Shown here in pieces: positions 53,700 through 64,000 of a stretch of DNA of 64,000 nt. This stretch comes from an uncultured Gemmatimonadales bacterium (GTDB taxonomy: Bacteria; Gemmatimonadota; Gemmatimonadetes; Gemmatimonadales; Gemmatimonadaceae), in the NCBI GenBank assembly GCA_963793305.1, contig CAWBZV010000005.1:1184001-1248000 (forward strand), read 5' to 3'. Position 1 is the stretch's first letter. The number at the start of each line of letters is the position of its first letter. A program made the translations under genes and the position numbers. The notes below the pieces were generated by a model that worked only from the letters and a program-made list of their open reading frames with translations, was not told where the DNA came from and did no database searches.

Positions 53700-54090
53700 C
53701 CCGTGCGTTCCACCGCCGCCGCCCGATCACCGCCGCCGCGATCCCCCAGGCCAAGCCCGCGAGACCATCCCGCCACCAGTGATGCCCCGGATCGACAACC
53801 ACAAACGCCAACCCCGACGCGATCGTTGCCACCGGAATCGCGTAGAGCGCATTCGGCCATCCGGGGCGCGATCCGGCTATTCGCTTCTCGACCGCCTCGA
53901 TCAGCAACAACGCGAGAAAGAGAACGATCGCCGAGGCAAACGGCGCAAAAATCGTGAACGCGGTCTGGTCCTGACTATCGCGACTCGACAGTACGAGCCA
54001 CGTCACGAACGGCGGCAGCAGGAACGCGCATGTGATCAAGAACACGAAACTATCGACCGCCCGATGCGGATGAGACTCCTCTTTTGACAT
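53662..54090 (-). CDS. Hypothetical membrane protein
   Basis: ATG 3 nt after the oxidoreductase stop; four hydrophobic segments. Confidence 0.65.
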   Translation of the reverse strand: MSKEESHPHRAVDSFVFLITCAFLLPPFVTWLVLSSRDSQDQTAFTIFAPFASAIVLFLALLLIEAVEKRIAGSRPGWPNALYAIPVATIASGLAFVVVDPGHHWWRDGLAGLAWGIAAAVIGRRRWNARVSGAAAAGETGT

Positions 54091-54093
54091 AGT

Positions 54094-55448
54094 TCACGCT
54101 CTCGTGTTGGTGAGATTGCCGGCTGACGTCTCCCACGTTTGCGCCGCCATCTGCACGGCATCCCACGGGCTCCCCGTCGGCGGCGTATAACTCAAATCGA
54201 AGTCGTTGAGCTCCTCGACCCGCATCTGGTGAAACAGCGCCGCGGCGAACACGTCGATGCGCTTGGCCACCTCCGACCGCCAGTACCCCACGATCTGCGC
54301 GCCGAGCAGCCGCCGGCTCGCACGATCCCCCGTCACGCGGATGCGAAGCTCGTGCGCTCTCGGGTAATACTGTTTGTGGTCCCACACCCCCGACTCGACC
54401 GTCACCGGATCGAACCCGGCCGCGCGCGCCTCGTCGTCGCGGAGCCCCGTCCGCGCGGCCGCGAGATCGAACACCTTGACGACCTGCGTCCCCACCGAAC
54501 CCGCGAACTGGCGACTCCCGCCAAGCACGTTCTCCCCGGCGACACGGCCCTGCTTGTGCGCCGTTGTACCCAAGGGCAGATACGCATTCCGCTCGAGGAC
54601 CCGGTGCCACGTCTCGCAACAGTCGCCAGCCGCGTACACATCCCGCACGGTTCGTTTCCATGCGACGGTCGACGGCCAGCGCGCCGCGGACACCCGTGGC
54701 CACTCGCGCCGCACGCGCGAGCGCGGTCGACGGCTCGACGCCAGCGGCAACGATCGCGAGCTCCGCCGACGCCTCGAACCCATTCCCTCTCATGACGAGC
54801 TGGCCGGCGACTTTGCGTATGACAGAGACCTCGGCGCCGGTCACGACATGCACGCCACGCGCACGCAGTTCCTCTTCCAGCAGTCGCCCCAACTCGACGT
54901 TCGAACGTCGGCAGCACCGATGGGGTGCGGCTCGCGAGCGTCACGGCGAAACCGCGGTGCCTGAGCGCGTCCGCCATCTCGATCCCGATGTAGCCCGCAC
55001 CGACGACGACCGCAGTTCGCGCACCGCGCTCATTCACGAAGGCTTGAACACGGAAGCTGTCCTCCATCGTGTGCAGCGGAAATACGCCCGGCAGCTCCAG
55101 ACCGGCGATCGGCGGACACACCGGCACGGCGCCGGTCGCGACGATGAGTCGATCGTAGCGCAACGACTCGCGCCGCCCGTCCGATTCCACCTCGACCGCG
55201 CGCGCACTCGGATCGATCGCGAGCGCGACATGGTTGCGGCGAACGTCGACGCCTAAGAACTCGGTGCGATGCGCCAACGCGCGCCAGTCGCGCGTCTCGC
55301 CGCTCAGGTAGAACGGCAGCCCGCAGATGCTATAGTTGGGATACGCATCGGCGAGCACGACCGTGATCTCGGCCGATGCGTCGAGCTCCCGCGCCCGGAG
55401 CGCGGCACTGATGCCGGCGTCGCTGCCGCCAATCACGAGAATGTGCAC
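54094..55448 (-). CDS. FAD-dependent pyridine nucleotide-disulfide oxidoreductase (CoA-disulfide reductase/NADH oxidase family); +1 indels near 54900 and 54650
   Basis: IGGSDAG, NYSICGLP single redox Cys, ATGA, GAGYIG.E, VYAAGDC, LPLGTTAHKQG, DLSYTPP across three frames. Confidence 0.9.
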
Positions 55449-55472
55449 GTGGAGTTGGGCGAAGTACGCGGG

Positions 55473-56276
55473 CTACCGGCCGTCCGTCTTGCCGCGCCGG
55501 ACTCGCCGCCTGCCGAATGGCGCGTCTTCTTCGTCGCGAGCCGCCTCCGACGACGAGCGCACAGTCCCCTCGACACCAATCAGCGACCGCTCAGTCTCGA
55601 CGCGCGGCGCCCCGGCGCTCCGCAGCCAGTCGTACGTTCTGGCCGCCGTGATCATCGCCAGCACCGGCGCCACCCAATAGATCCACTGCGCGCGCCACTC
55701 GCCGCCCACCAGCGCCGGCCCGAACGAGCGGGCCGGGTTCATTGAGGCGCCCGTGATCGGACCCATGGTCAATGCGCAGAACCCAACCGTCAGTCCCACC
55801 GCGAGACCCGCGAACCCCGCGGGAACCCGATCATCCGTCGCGACGGCCATGATCACGAACATGAGCGCGAACGACAGCACGAACTCGATCCCGAACGCCG
55901 CGGCGACCGAAATCGGAGGCGCGACCGAGGGCAGTGTCGCACCGAGATGCCCGACGGGTCCGAGCACGGCGCGCAACAGCAGCGACGCCAGCACTGCTCC
56001 CACGCACTGCGCCGCGACATAGGGCGCGACATTCGAGCCGGGGAACCGCTTCGCCGACCAGAACGCGACCGTGACCGCGGGGTTCAGGTGTGCGCCGGAG
56101 ATGTGGCCCAGCGCGTAGATCATCCCGGTGATCACGAACGCGAACGCCAGCGCGATCCCGGTGACGCCCAAGGCTCCTCCGCTCACCGCATTCACCATGG
56201 CGGCGCCGGGCCCAATCAGCACGAGGAAAAACGTGCCGATCGACTCCCCCACCGCTCGTCGCGCGAGGTCGTGCAC
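55473..56276 (-). CDS. MIP family channel (aquaporin/aquaglyceroporin)
   Basis: GHISGAHLNPAVT and GASMNPARS; AAGGGAG RBS. Confidence 0.95.
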   Translation of the reverse strand: MHDLARRAVGESIGTFFLVLIGPGAAMVNAVSGGALGVTGIALAFAFVITGMIYALGHISGAHLNPAVTVAFWSAKRFPGSNVAPYVAAQCVGAVLASLLLRAVLGPVGHLGATLPSVAPPISVAAAFGIEFVLSFALMFVIMAVATDDRVPAGFAGLAVGLTVGFCALTMGPITGASMNPARSFGPALVGGEWRAQWIYWVAPVLAMITAARTYDWLRSAGAPRVETERSLIGVEGTVRSSSEAARDEEDAPFGRRRVRRGKTDGR

Positions 56277-56279
56277 GGC

Positions 56280-57414
56280 CTACGCTCCCTTCGCGGCGCG
56301 TCGACGACGCGCCTCGACCAATCCGCACCGAATCGATCTTGGCACGAATCGGTACGAGCATCGACTCGGGCAGCGGCGCGTACTCGAGCGATGTTTCGAC
56401 GCGCTGCCCGTCACGCAACCCCCAACGCAAGAAATCCACGAGCTTCCGTCCTTTCACCGAGTCCGGTTGATTCCTATAGACCAGGATCCACGTAAACGAG
56501 GAGATCGGGTACGCGGCGGGACCCGGTGCGTCGATGATGGACATGCGGAAGTCTGTCGTCGCCGGCAGGTGCTCCGCGACGGTCGCCGCCGCGGCTGTTA
56601 TCGACTCGACGGAGGGCATGATGAAATTCCCCGCCGCGTTCTGGACCATGCCGCGCGGCAACAAGTGTGGGTGAGCGTACGCCAGCTCGGCGTATCCGAC
56701 CGCGCCGGGAACCTCCTTCACCTTGTCGGCCACTCCCTCGTTTCCGTCCCCGCCGACACCGACCGGCCACTGGACTTGCCGCCCGCGACCCGGCCCCGCC
56801 GCCCACTCGGGGCTCACGCGAGACAGATAGTCCGTCCACACGTATGTCGTCCCACTGCCGTCCGTCCGGTGCACCACCAGGATGTCCTCGCTCGGCAACC
56901 GAACGTCGGGGTTCAAATCCTTCAACCGCGGATCGTTCCACTTCTTGATCTTGCCCAAGAAGATGTCCGCGATCACCGCCGGCGTGAACTTGAGCGGTGC
57001 AATGACCTGGACAAGGTTGTAGATGAGCACATCCGCACCCAGCGCCGTTGGCACATGGAGCACCGGGCCACCCTTCGCCACCGCGATCTCCTGGTCCGAC
57101 ATTGGCCCGTCTGTCCCGCCAAAATCCGTGAGCCCGCCGGAGAACTCTCGCACACCAGCGCCCGATCCAATCGACTTGTACGCGATATGCACGCCGGTCT
57201 TTGCCCCATAGTCCACGGCCCACTTAGCGTAGAGCGGGTACGCGAACGTCGAACCCGACCCAACCAAGTCCGCCTTTAGGGTATCGCCCGCGACAATAGT
57301 GGGCGCAGGCCCTCCGGGTGTATCCGTCTTCCCGCCACCGCATGCACCAGAGGCAAGAGTGACGACCACCATCCACACCGCTCTCACGCGTGTCATGCTC
57401 CCAAGCCCTCTCAT
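56280..57414 (-). CDS. pstS: Second phosphate-binding protein PstS (lipoprotein); 3' end inferred, stop is out of frame as sequenced
   Basis: GSGSTFAYP, SIGSGAG, DFGGTD, HRTDGSGTT, GNEGV, AYPISSFTW; a TAG at 56280-56282 is reached if one base is removed. Confidence 0.88.
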
Positions 57415-58592
57415 CGGTTCGCCCCATCCTGAATCGGCGGCGCCGGCGGTTGCGGTCCCGCCGCGGCGAGGCTGTGATCGTAGGCCGTTCGCTCGTCGGC
57501 GTGACTCGTGAAGTACGTGGAGTCGAGTTTGCTGGCGCGATTCCACTGACTCACCGCCTCCGCGTGACGCCCGAGCTGCGCCGACGTGAGCGCCAACGCA
57601 CCCCACGTCTCAGGTTGATTCGGCGCCAGACGGGCCGCCCCCCGAAACGCCTCCAGTGCGTCAGGCCACCGATCGAGTCGCTGCAACGTCGCGCCGATCT
57701 GGAACCAGACCGACGCATCCGTCGGCGCGATCCCACGCGCGGTCTCCAGCGTCGCGAGCGCGTCGTGCAGACGTCCAACGGAGCCGAGCGCGAAGGCGAG
57801 GCTGTAGTACCCCTTGAGATTCGTCGGCGCCCACGCGACGGCATCGCGCGCGACTGGTACCGCGTGCGACGGATCGCCGGACAGGTTCAGCGCTCGGGCC
57901 AAGCCGAGCGCCGCGTCGACGAAGCGTGGCCGCAGTCGCAACGCGGCGCGGAAGCTCGCGACGGCCTCCGCGGGACGCCCAAGCTCACTCAGCGCCGCTC
58001 CGACGCCGTACTGTGCGGCGGCGTTGTTCGAGTCGAGGGTCACGGCCGCGCGGAACTCGTCAAGCGCCTGCTCCGTCTGCCCCGCGTCCTCCAACGCCAA
58101 CCCCAGCGCAAGTCTGGCGAGCTCGTTGTTCGGGTTGCCAGACGCCACCTTCCGGCACGTGTCCAGCCGCGGCGCGCCATTCGGTAGGTGCTCGCACCGA
58201 TACAGCATCGCAGCAACCGCCTGCGCTGTCGCCGGTGGCCCTGGAATGGCGAGCGCGCCTATCGCGATCAACCCCGCGCCCGCTGTGGCACGATGCCGCG
58301 CCGCCCATCGCCGGATAGCGGCGAGCGCTGTCAGCTGAATTACCGTGACCAGCGCCACGGTCGCCGCCGCTATCGACCATCCGACGTGAAAGTACAAACG
58401 GATGAGACCGCCAAGGAGATAGCAGACGTACCCGAGAGAAATCGCGACCAACACACCGCGAACCCAAGCCCAGCGCCCGGCATGCAGATGCGTCTCCTGC
58501 CAGAGCCATGACAGCAAGAGCCCAACGCCTCGGGCCAGCGTCACCGCGACCGGCCAGAAGAAGAGCGGACTCATGCCAAGTCCCAAGCTCAC
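57411..58592 (-). CDS. Membrane-anchored tetratricopeptide repeat protein
   Basis: 3-4 N-terminal TM helices then about 6 TPR-like repeats (LG.AL...G...EA...F..AL.L.P). Confidence 0.85.
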   Translation of the reverse strand: MSLGLGMSPLFFWPVAVTLARGVGLLLSWLWQETHLHAGRWAWVRGVLVAISLGYVCYLLGGLIRLYFHVGWSIAAATVALVTVIQLTALAAIRRWAARHRATAGAGLIAIGALAIPGPPATAQAVAAMLYRCEHLPNGAPRLDTCRKVASGNPNNELARLALGLALEDAGQTEQALDEFRAAVTLDSNNAAAQYGVGAALSELGRPAEAVASFRAALRLRPRFVDAALGLARALNLSGDPSHAVPVARDAVAWAPTNLKGYYSLAFALGSVGRLHDALATLETARGIAPTDASVWFQIGATLQRLDRWPDALEAFRGAARLAPNQPETWGALALTSAQLGRHAEAVSQWNRASKLDSTYFTSHADERTAYDHSLAAAGPQPPAPPIQDGANR

Positions 58593-58711
58593 AGTGCGTC
58601 ACCATGCGCACGCGACCCGACACATACGGCCATACGCATATGCAGATCCAACTTGCCGACACGCAGGGTGACCGTCAAGGTCACGTCGGCCGCGTTACGG
58701 GATCGTGTCCG

Positions 58712-59422
58712 CTACGCCGGCAGCTCCGACCGATGCTTGATGCTCTTGCCTTCGGCCAGAAACACTGCGTCCTCCGCGATATTCGTCGCGAGATCCGCCA
58801 CCCGCTCCAAGTTCCGGCTCACCAGAAATAATTCCAGCGCCGCCGAGATCGTCGACGTGTCTTCGAGCATGTGCGTGATGACGATCCGGTAGATCGAGTT
58901 GTGGAGCGCATCCACGGCGTCGTCCCTCGCACAGACGTTCCGCCCCAACGCACCGTCGGTCTGAATCAGCGCATCCAACGCGTCGTCGAGCATCTCGCGT
59001 GCCAGCCGCGCCATCTCCTCGATCTCGGGATCCGGCGTGATGTTCGTTCCCATGTCGATGAGCCGCAGCGTCGACTGCGCGATGTTCACCGCGTGATCGC
59101 TGACGCGCTCGAGATCGTTCGAGACCTTGAGCGCGCTCACCACGAGCCGAAGATCGCGCGCCATCGGCTGCTGCAACGCCAGGAGCGAGACCGCGAGATC
59201 GTCGATCTCCATCTCCAGTCTGTCGACACCCCGGTCGGCCGCGACAACCGACCGCGCCAGATCCGAGTCCCGTTTCAGGAGCGCGTCGACCGACATGGCC
59301 ACGTGCGCCGTGGCCCGATCCGACATCTGGAGCAGCCGGCTCTTGAGGAGGTCCAGTTGCTCCACCATGTGCCGAACGGCGGCCGGTGCATCATTCGCAA
59401 CGCCCGCGGTCTCGTCGGTCAT
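58712..59422 (-). CDS. phoU: Phosphate signalling protein PhoU
   Basis: [41 protein letters not shown]. Confidence 0.96.
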   Translation of the reverse strand: MTDETAGVANDAPAAVRHMVEQLDLLKSRLLQMSDRATAHVAMSVDALLKRDSDLARSVVAADRGVDRLEMEIDDLAVSLLALQQPMARDLRLVVSALKVSNDLERVSDHAVNIAQSTLRLIDMGTNITPDPEIEEMARLAREMLDDALDALIQTDGALGRNVCARDDAVDALHNSIYRIVITHMLEDTSTISAALELFLVSRNLERVADLATNIAEDAVFLAEGKSIKHRSELPA

Positions 59423-60273
59423 CCGAATCGGCCCGTGATATAGTCCTCCGTCTCCTTCTTCGACGGGTTCTGGAACATCGTATTGGTGAGGTCGAACTCG
59501 ATCAATCGCCCCAGCAGAAAGAACCCCGTATAGTCCGACACCCGTGCGGCCTGCTGCATGTTGTGCGTCACGATCACGATCGTGCAGGTATCGACCAGAT
59601 GCAACAGCAGCTCCTCGATCTTTGCCGTCGCGATCGGATCGAGGGCCGAACACGGCTCGTCGAGGAGCAACACCTCGGGCTCGATCGCCAGCGCCCGCGC
59701 GATGCACAGACGCTGCTGCTGTCCACCCGATAGCGAGTACGCCGAGTCGTGCAGCTTGTCCTTCACCTCGTCCCAGAGCGCGGCTCGGCGGAGACTGCGT
59801 TCGACGTGCTCTCCCAGCTCGCGCGCGGTACCCGTGATGCCATTGACCCGGCGGCCGTATGCCACGTTCTCGAAGATCGATTTCGGAAAGGGGTTAGATC
59901 GCTGAAACACCATACCCACCCGCCGCCGGAGCCGCGTGATATCCATCGACAGCACGTCGGCGTTCTCCAGCAGGACCGTCCCCTCCGCCCGCGCGTGCTT
60001 CACGGCCTCGTACATACGGTTGAGGGTACGGAGGAACGTCGTCTTCCCGCAGCCCGATGGTCCGATGAACGCCGTGATATGATGCTCAGGAATCGCCACG
60101 CTCACATCGTACAGCGCCTGCGTCTTCCCATAAAAACAGTTGAGGTGACCGATCTCGAGCTTCGCGGGCACAGTGGCCGGCAACGAGCGGATCGCACTCG
60201 TTGCAGCGGACGATGGCAGCGGCCCCGGCTCGTCCAGGTGCCAGTCCGCGACGACGCGCGGGTCCCGAGTCAT
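59419..60273 (-). CDS. pstB: Phosphate ABC transporter ATPase
   Basis: [52 protein letters not shown]. Confidence 0.96.
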   Translation of the reverse strand: MTRDPRVVADWHLDEPGPLPSSAATSAIRSLPATVPAKLEIGHLNCFYGKTQALYDVSVAIPEHHITAFIGPSGCGKTTFLRTLNRMYEAVKHARAEGTVLLENADVLSMDITRLRRRVGMVFQRSNPFPKSIFENVAYGRRVNGITGTARELGEHVERSLRRAALWDEVKDKLHDSAYSLSGGQQQRLCIARALAIEPEVLLLDEPCSALDPIATAKIEELLLHLVDTCTIVIVTHNMQQAARVSDYTGFFLLGRLIEFDLTNTMFQNPSKKETEDYITGRFG

Positions 60274-60293
60274 ATCAGCGGCGCGCTCATGAC

Positions 60294-61145
60294 TCAGCGC
60301 ATGCCATGGCGCCGCCGTCTCGACAACAGGAGACGAGCCGACACGTTGATCATCAGAATCAACATGAGCAAGACAAATCCCGCCGCCCACGCCTGCCGGT
60401 GCCAGTCGTCGTACGGCGCGATCGCGTAGGTGAAGATCATGACCGGAAGCGACGCGGCCGGTTGATTCCATCCCGGGCTCCAGAACCGATTGCTGAAGCT
60501 GGTGAAGAGCAGGGGAGCCGTCTCACCCGCCACCCGAGCGAGATCGAGCATCACGCCGGTGATAATGCCGTTGATCGCGGCGGGGATCACGACGGTCACG
60601 ATGACCTGCCACTTCGAGGCGCCCACAGCCAGCGCCCCCTCCCGGAACGAATCCGGCACCGCATGCAGGAACTCTTCTGTGCTGCGAACCGCGATCGGGA
60701 TCATCATCACCCCGAGTGCGATCCCACCCGCCAGCGTCGAGAAGTGCTTCATGGGCAGCACAATCAATGTGTACGCGAATATCCCCATGACGATCGACGG
60801 CACGCCGTTCAACAGATCCGTCACATACCGCACGATGAACCCGTAGCCCGCCCCACTGTACTCGGCCAGGTACACGCCGCCGAGGAATCCAATCGGGATC
60901 CCGATCGCGCTCGCCAGGGCGAGGACCTTGGCGCTCCCGACGATGGCGTTCGCCATTCCGCCCCCCAGCTCGCCGACCGGCTTTGGCAGCGCCGTGAAGA
61001 ACGCCCAATTCAGGTTGCGGCCGCCGTTCCACAGCAAGTACCCGAGGATGAAGAACAACACACCCGCGATGAGCACCGTGCACAACCCGGTCAAGCTCAT
61101 CATCACGCCATTGATAACGCGGCGCATGCGGAGGCTATCCGTCAT
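60294..61145 (-). CDS. pstA: Phosphate ABC transporter permease
   Basis: [36 protein letters not shown]. Confidence 0.95.
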   Translation of the reverse strand: MTDSLRMRRVINGVMMSLTGLCTVLIAGVLFFILGYLLWNGGRNLNWAFFTALPKPVGELGGGMANAIVGSAKVLALASAIGIPIGFLGGVYLAEYSGAGYGFIVRYVTDLLNGVPSIVMGIFAYTLIVLPMKHFSTLAGGIALGVMMIPIAVRSTEEFLHAVPDSFREGALAVGASKWQVIVTVVIPAAINGIITGVMLDLARVAGETAPLLFTSFSNRFWSPGWNQPAASLPVMIFTYAIAPYDDWHRQAWAAGFVLLMLILMINVSARLLLSRRRRHGMR

Positions 61146-62119
61146 GCAGCGGGTACCCGTTCGGTGGTCGTGAGAATGAGCAGTCGGGCCAGTGCGTTGA
61201 TCACAATGGTCAGCCCGAACAACACGAGGCCGAGCTCGATCAAGCCACTGATGTAGAGATCGCTGGTGGCCTCGGTGAACTCGTTGGCGATGACGGCGGC
61301 AATCGAGTACCCCGGCGCGAACAGCGACGCGCTGATCTTGGGATCATTGCCGATGACCATCGTGACGGCCATTGTCTCCCCGAGCGCCCGAGCGAGCGCC
61401 AGGAAGATCGACCCGTAGATGCCACGGCGCGCAAAGGGCACGACGACACGCCACGTCGTCTCCCACTGGGTTGCGCCCACCGCCAGCGATGCCTCGCGTT
61501 GCTCCGTCGGGACCGCGAGCAGTACCTGTCGCGACACCGATACGATGAACGGCAGGATCATGATCGCCAGCACGACACCGGCCGAGAAAAAGCTGACCCC
61601 GTAGAACGGTCCCTTGAAAAATGGGAGGAATCCAAGCGTGCCGTTCAGGACAGGATACGCGGTCACCTTCAAGATCGGCACAAGAACGAAAATCGCCAGC
61701 AGGCCGAAAATCACGCTTGGCACCGCGGCGAGGAGCTCGATCAAGAACGTCAACGCATCGGAGATCCGCGGGGGCGCGAGCTCGGAAAGAAAGATCGCGG
61801 CGCCAATGCCAATGGGCACCGCCAACGCCAGCGCCAGCATCGACGTCACGACGGTGCCATACGCGAATGGCAGCGCTCCGAACGTACCGGCAACGGGATC
61901 CCAGGTCTGCGACACCAGGAACCCCCATCCGAACTTGTGGCGCGCCAACGTGGAGCCCACGAACAGCTCCCGGACGAGCAAGCCCGTGACGAGTACGATG
62001 CTGGTCGCCGACGCCAGCGTAATGAGGTACGCCACCTCGTCGCCACGTGCGAGGCGTCGAAGAAAGCCGCGCGCCCCGACCGTCGGAGCGCGCGTTGGAT
62101 CAACCGTCGCAGTGACCAC
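61142..62119 (-). CDS. pstC: Phosphate ABC transporter permease
   Basis: WDPV...FGALP, ELLAAVPSVIFG, ARALGETMAVTMVIGN, IANEF. Confidence 0.95.
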   Translation of the reverse strand: MVTATVDPTRAPTVGARGFLRRLARGDEVAYLITLASATSIVLVTGLLVRELFVGSTLARHKFGWGFLVSQTWDPVAGTFGALPFAYGTVVTSMLALALAVPIGIGAAIFLSELAPPRISDALTFLIELLAAVPSVIFGLLAIFVLVPILKVTAYPVLNGTLGFLPFFKGPFYGVSFFSAGVVLAIMILPFIVSVSRQVLLAVPTEQREASLAVGATQWETTWRVVVPFARRGIYGSIFLALARALGETMAVTMVIGNDPKISASLFAPGYSIAAVIANEFTEATSDLYISGLIELGLVLFGLTIVINALARLLILTTTERVPAA

Positions 62120-62124
62120 CAAAA

Positions 62125-63222
62125 CTATTGGATGAGGGCGATGGCCTTCGTTTCTTTGGCGATCACCGGCTTCGGAAGTTGGGCGTAGGAGAGCGCCTCC
62201 GTGAGGCCTTGCCCCGGACCCAGCATCCAGTGCAAGAAGTTGACGATCGCCTCGCGCTTCTTGGCGTCCGCAATCTTGCTCGGAACCAGGAGCCACGTGA
62301 AGCTCGTCACCGGATAGGCCGTCGCACCGGGAGCATCCGTAATCGACACCCGGAAATCATCCGGCATGTTCGCGGCAGCGCCCGCGGCCGCTGCGGTGAG
62401 ACTCGCCAGATCCGCCTTGATGAACTTGCCGGCCGCATTGCGCACCTGGCCGTACTCCATCTTGTTCTGAACGGCGTAGACCAGCTCGACGTACCCGATC
62501 GATCCCTGCGTCTGCCGAACCAATCCAGCCACGCCCTCATTCCCCTTTCCGCCGAGCCCAACGGGCCAGGCGACCGAAGTACCAAGCCCGATCTTCTGCT
62601 TCCACTCGGGACTGATCTTGCACAGGTAGTCGACCCACACGTAAGTCGTTCCGCTGCCGTCCGACCGGTGCACAACGACAATGTCGCTACCCGGAAGCTT
62701 GACCTGCGGATTGGCGCTGGCGATTGCCGGGTCGTTCCACTTCGTGATCTTCCCGAGGAAAATGCCGGCCAATGCCTCTGGGGTGAAGTTGAGGTCAGTC
62801 GTCACGCCAGGCACGTTGTAGGCGGGCACGTCGGCACCCAGGACCGTGGGGTAGTGGAGTATGCCGTATCCGTGCTTTTGCTGGAACTCAGCCAACTGCT
62901 GGTCGTTCATGGGACCGTCGCTCGCCCCGAAATCGACCGTGCCTTCCATGATCTGCCGAATACCGCCTCCCGATCCGATCGACTGATAGTTGATCTGCAC
63001 GTCGGGGTGCACGGTGCGATACGCGTCGAACCATTTCGAGTACATCGGATACGGAAACGTCGCTCCGGCTCCGGTCAGGTTGAGTTGGGCGGCGCCGGGC
63101 GTCGCGAACGACAGGAACATCGAGCCGGCAATGACCATCCCGTGGCGAACACGGATCCGAGCGCGATCGAGTGCGATCACGGAGCTTCTCCGAAGTGAAT
63201 GAGTGGCGGTGAAATGCGGCAC
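62125..63222 (-). CDS. pstS: Phosphate ABC transporter substrate-binding protein; start uncertain (alternative ATG 63138)
   Basis: GAGATFPYP, YQSIGSGGG, DFGASD, HRSDGSGTT, GKGNEGV. Confidence 0.96.
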   Translation of the reverse strand: MPHFTATHSLRRSSVIALDRARIRVRHGMVIAGSMFLSFATPGAAQLNLTGAGATFPYPMYSKWFDAYRTVHPDVQINYQSIGSGGGIRQIMEGTVDFGASDGPMNDQQLAEFQQKHGYGILHYPTVLGADVPAYNVPGVTTDLNFTPEALAGIFLGKITKWNDPAIASANPQVKLPGSDIVVVHRSDGSGTTYVWVDYLCKISPEWKQKIGLGTSVAWPVGLGGKGNEGVAGLVRQTQGSIGYVELVYAVQNKMEYGQVRNAAGKFIKADLASLTAAAAGAAANMPDDFRVSITDAPGATAYPVTSFTWLLVPSKIADAKKREAIVNFLHWMLGPGQGLTEALSYAQLPKPVIAKETKAIALIQ

Positions 63223-63322
63223 CGAGACGGCGACCTCGGGCTTATGGACCTATCCTCATGCGCGCATATTTCTCAGCGCTCACAAGGTGGGTAGGTCCCG
63301 GCCCACCGATCATGTCGGCCGG

Positions 63323-63386
63323 GTCACACATACGTAACGGCCGACGCACCTCTCCCAGAGATGGCCACTAAACCGATCGTTAACCG
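63323..63386 (-). promoter_or_regulatory. Candidate PHO boxes upstream of pstS
   Basis: Minus strand CGGTTAAC/CGGTTTAG (63386-63368, 11-bp period) and CCGTTAC-N4-GTGTGAC (63340-63323, 11-bp period). Confidence 0.5.
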
Positions 63387-63433
63387 TCTGTCCCTGCCTT
63401 CGCGCAGCACGGGACGGCCCGTCCCTTGTCGAA

Positions 63434-63982
63434 TCAGCGCCCATCCGGCGCCGCGGCGGCCGCGACACTCTCGTCGGCCGACTCGTGCCCGATGGCGCGC
63501 ATCCGCTGCTCCACGGCCTCGCGCGCCAGCGTATCCATAGGAATGGCCAGCATGAGATCGACGCGCCGCTCCATGACCAATGCGGTGTGCCAGAACGCAC
63601 GCCGGCGCTGCTCCTCTCCGTCGACGCCCGCGGGGTCTTCGATCCCCCAGTGCGCGAAAATGGGGTGACCCGGAAAACTCGGACATGCCTCGCGAGCGCG
63701 GTCACACACGGTGATCACGAAGTCCCACGATTGTCCCGCGAGCGCTTCTACGCCTTTCGGCCGGCGATCCGCCCAATCGATCTGGCGGTCGCGCAGCACC
63801 GCGATAGCCAATGGGTGCACCTCTGCCGCCGGCGCAACGCCAGCGCTCGCGACCTCAAATCGCCCGTGGCATTTCGCGCTCAGCAACGCCTCGGCGATCT
63901 GGCTTCGGGCCGCATTTCCGGTACAGAGAAAGAGCACGCGGAGGGGCCGATGCCCCGCGCCACTCGACTCGATCGCGTTCAT
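63434..63982 (-). CDS. arsC: Arsenate reductase, LMW-PTPase/thioredoxin type
   Basis: LFLCTGNAARSQIAE P-loop, SAG, VITVCDRAREACP resolving Cys pair, HWGIEDP. Confidence 0.88.
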   Translation of the reverse strand: MNAIESSGAGHRPLRVLFLCTGNAARSQIAEALLSAKCHGRFEVASAGVAPAAEVHPLAIAVLRDRQIDWADRRPKGVEALAGQSWDFVITVCDRAREACPSFPGHPIFAHWGIEDPAGVDGEEQRRRAFWHTALVMERRVDLMLAIPMDTLAREAVEQRMRAIGHESADESVAAAAAPDGR

Positions 63983-64000
63983 GGCTTATGCCCTCTGGAC

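Noticed and set aside
55831..56279. Long C-terminal extension of PstS2
   Set aside because: It is an alternative frame of the MIP gene; a one-base correction gives a stop just before the MIP start.

Overview
High-GC bacterial chromosome segment. Gene content suggests Gemmatimonadota, which is an inference. 1-8.9 kb is housekeeping (ispA, dxs, nadK, recN, a putative outer-membrane protein, a GH125-like gene) and ends at a tRNA-Gly(GCC). Two further copies of the tRNA 3' half follow (9663, 11544), delimiting tiny integrase-less cassettes. A long accessory region comes next: three type II TA pairs, a MacAB-like ABC exporter, decayed gene remnants, a two-gene candidate defence locus, an AhpD-like/histidine kinase fusion and a MEDS/two-component/peroxidase cluster. 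The rest holds a selenocysteine formate dehydrogenase operon with a visible SECIS, a cusCBA-type efflux operon preceded by a CutF/CruR-like leader ORF, and an arsC-pstSCAB-phoU-TPR-pstS2-aquaporin-disulfide reductase cluster. About a dozen single-base frameshifts, one premature stop and several substitutions in conserved residues concentrate at GACGTC and CATCT. These are probably motif-specific (possibly methylation-induced) sequencing errors rather than true pseudogenes. No CRISPR array, rRNA, integrase or transposase was seen. Family names come from motif recognition, not from database searches.
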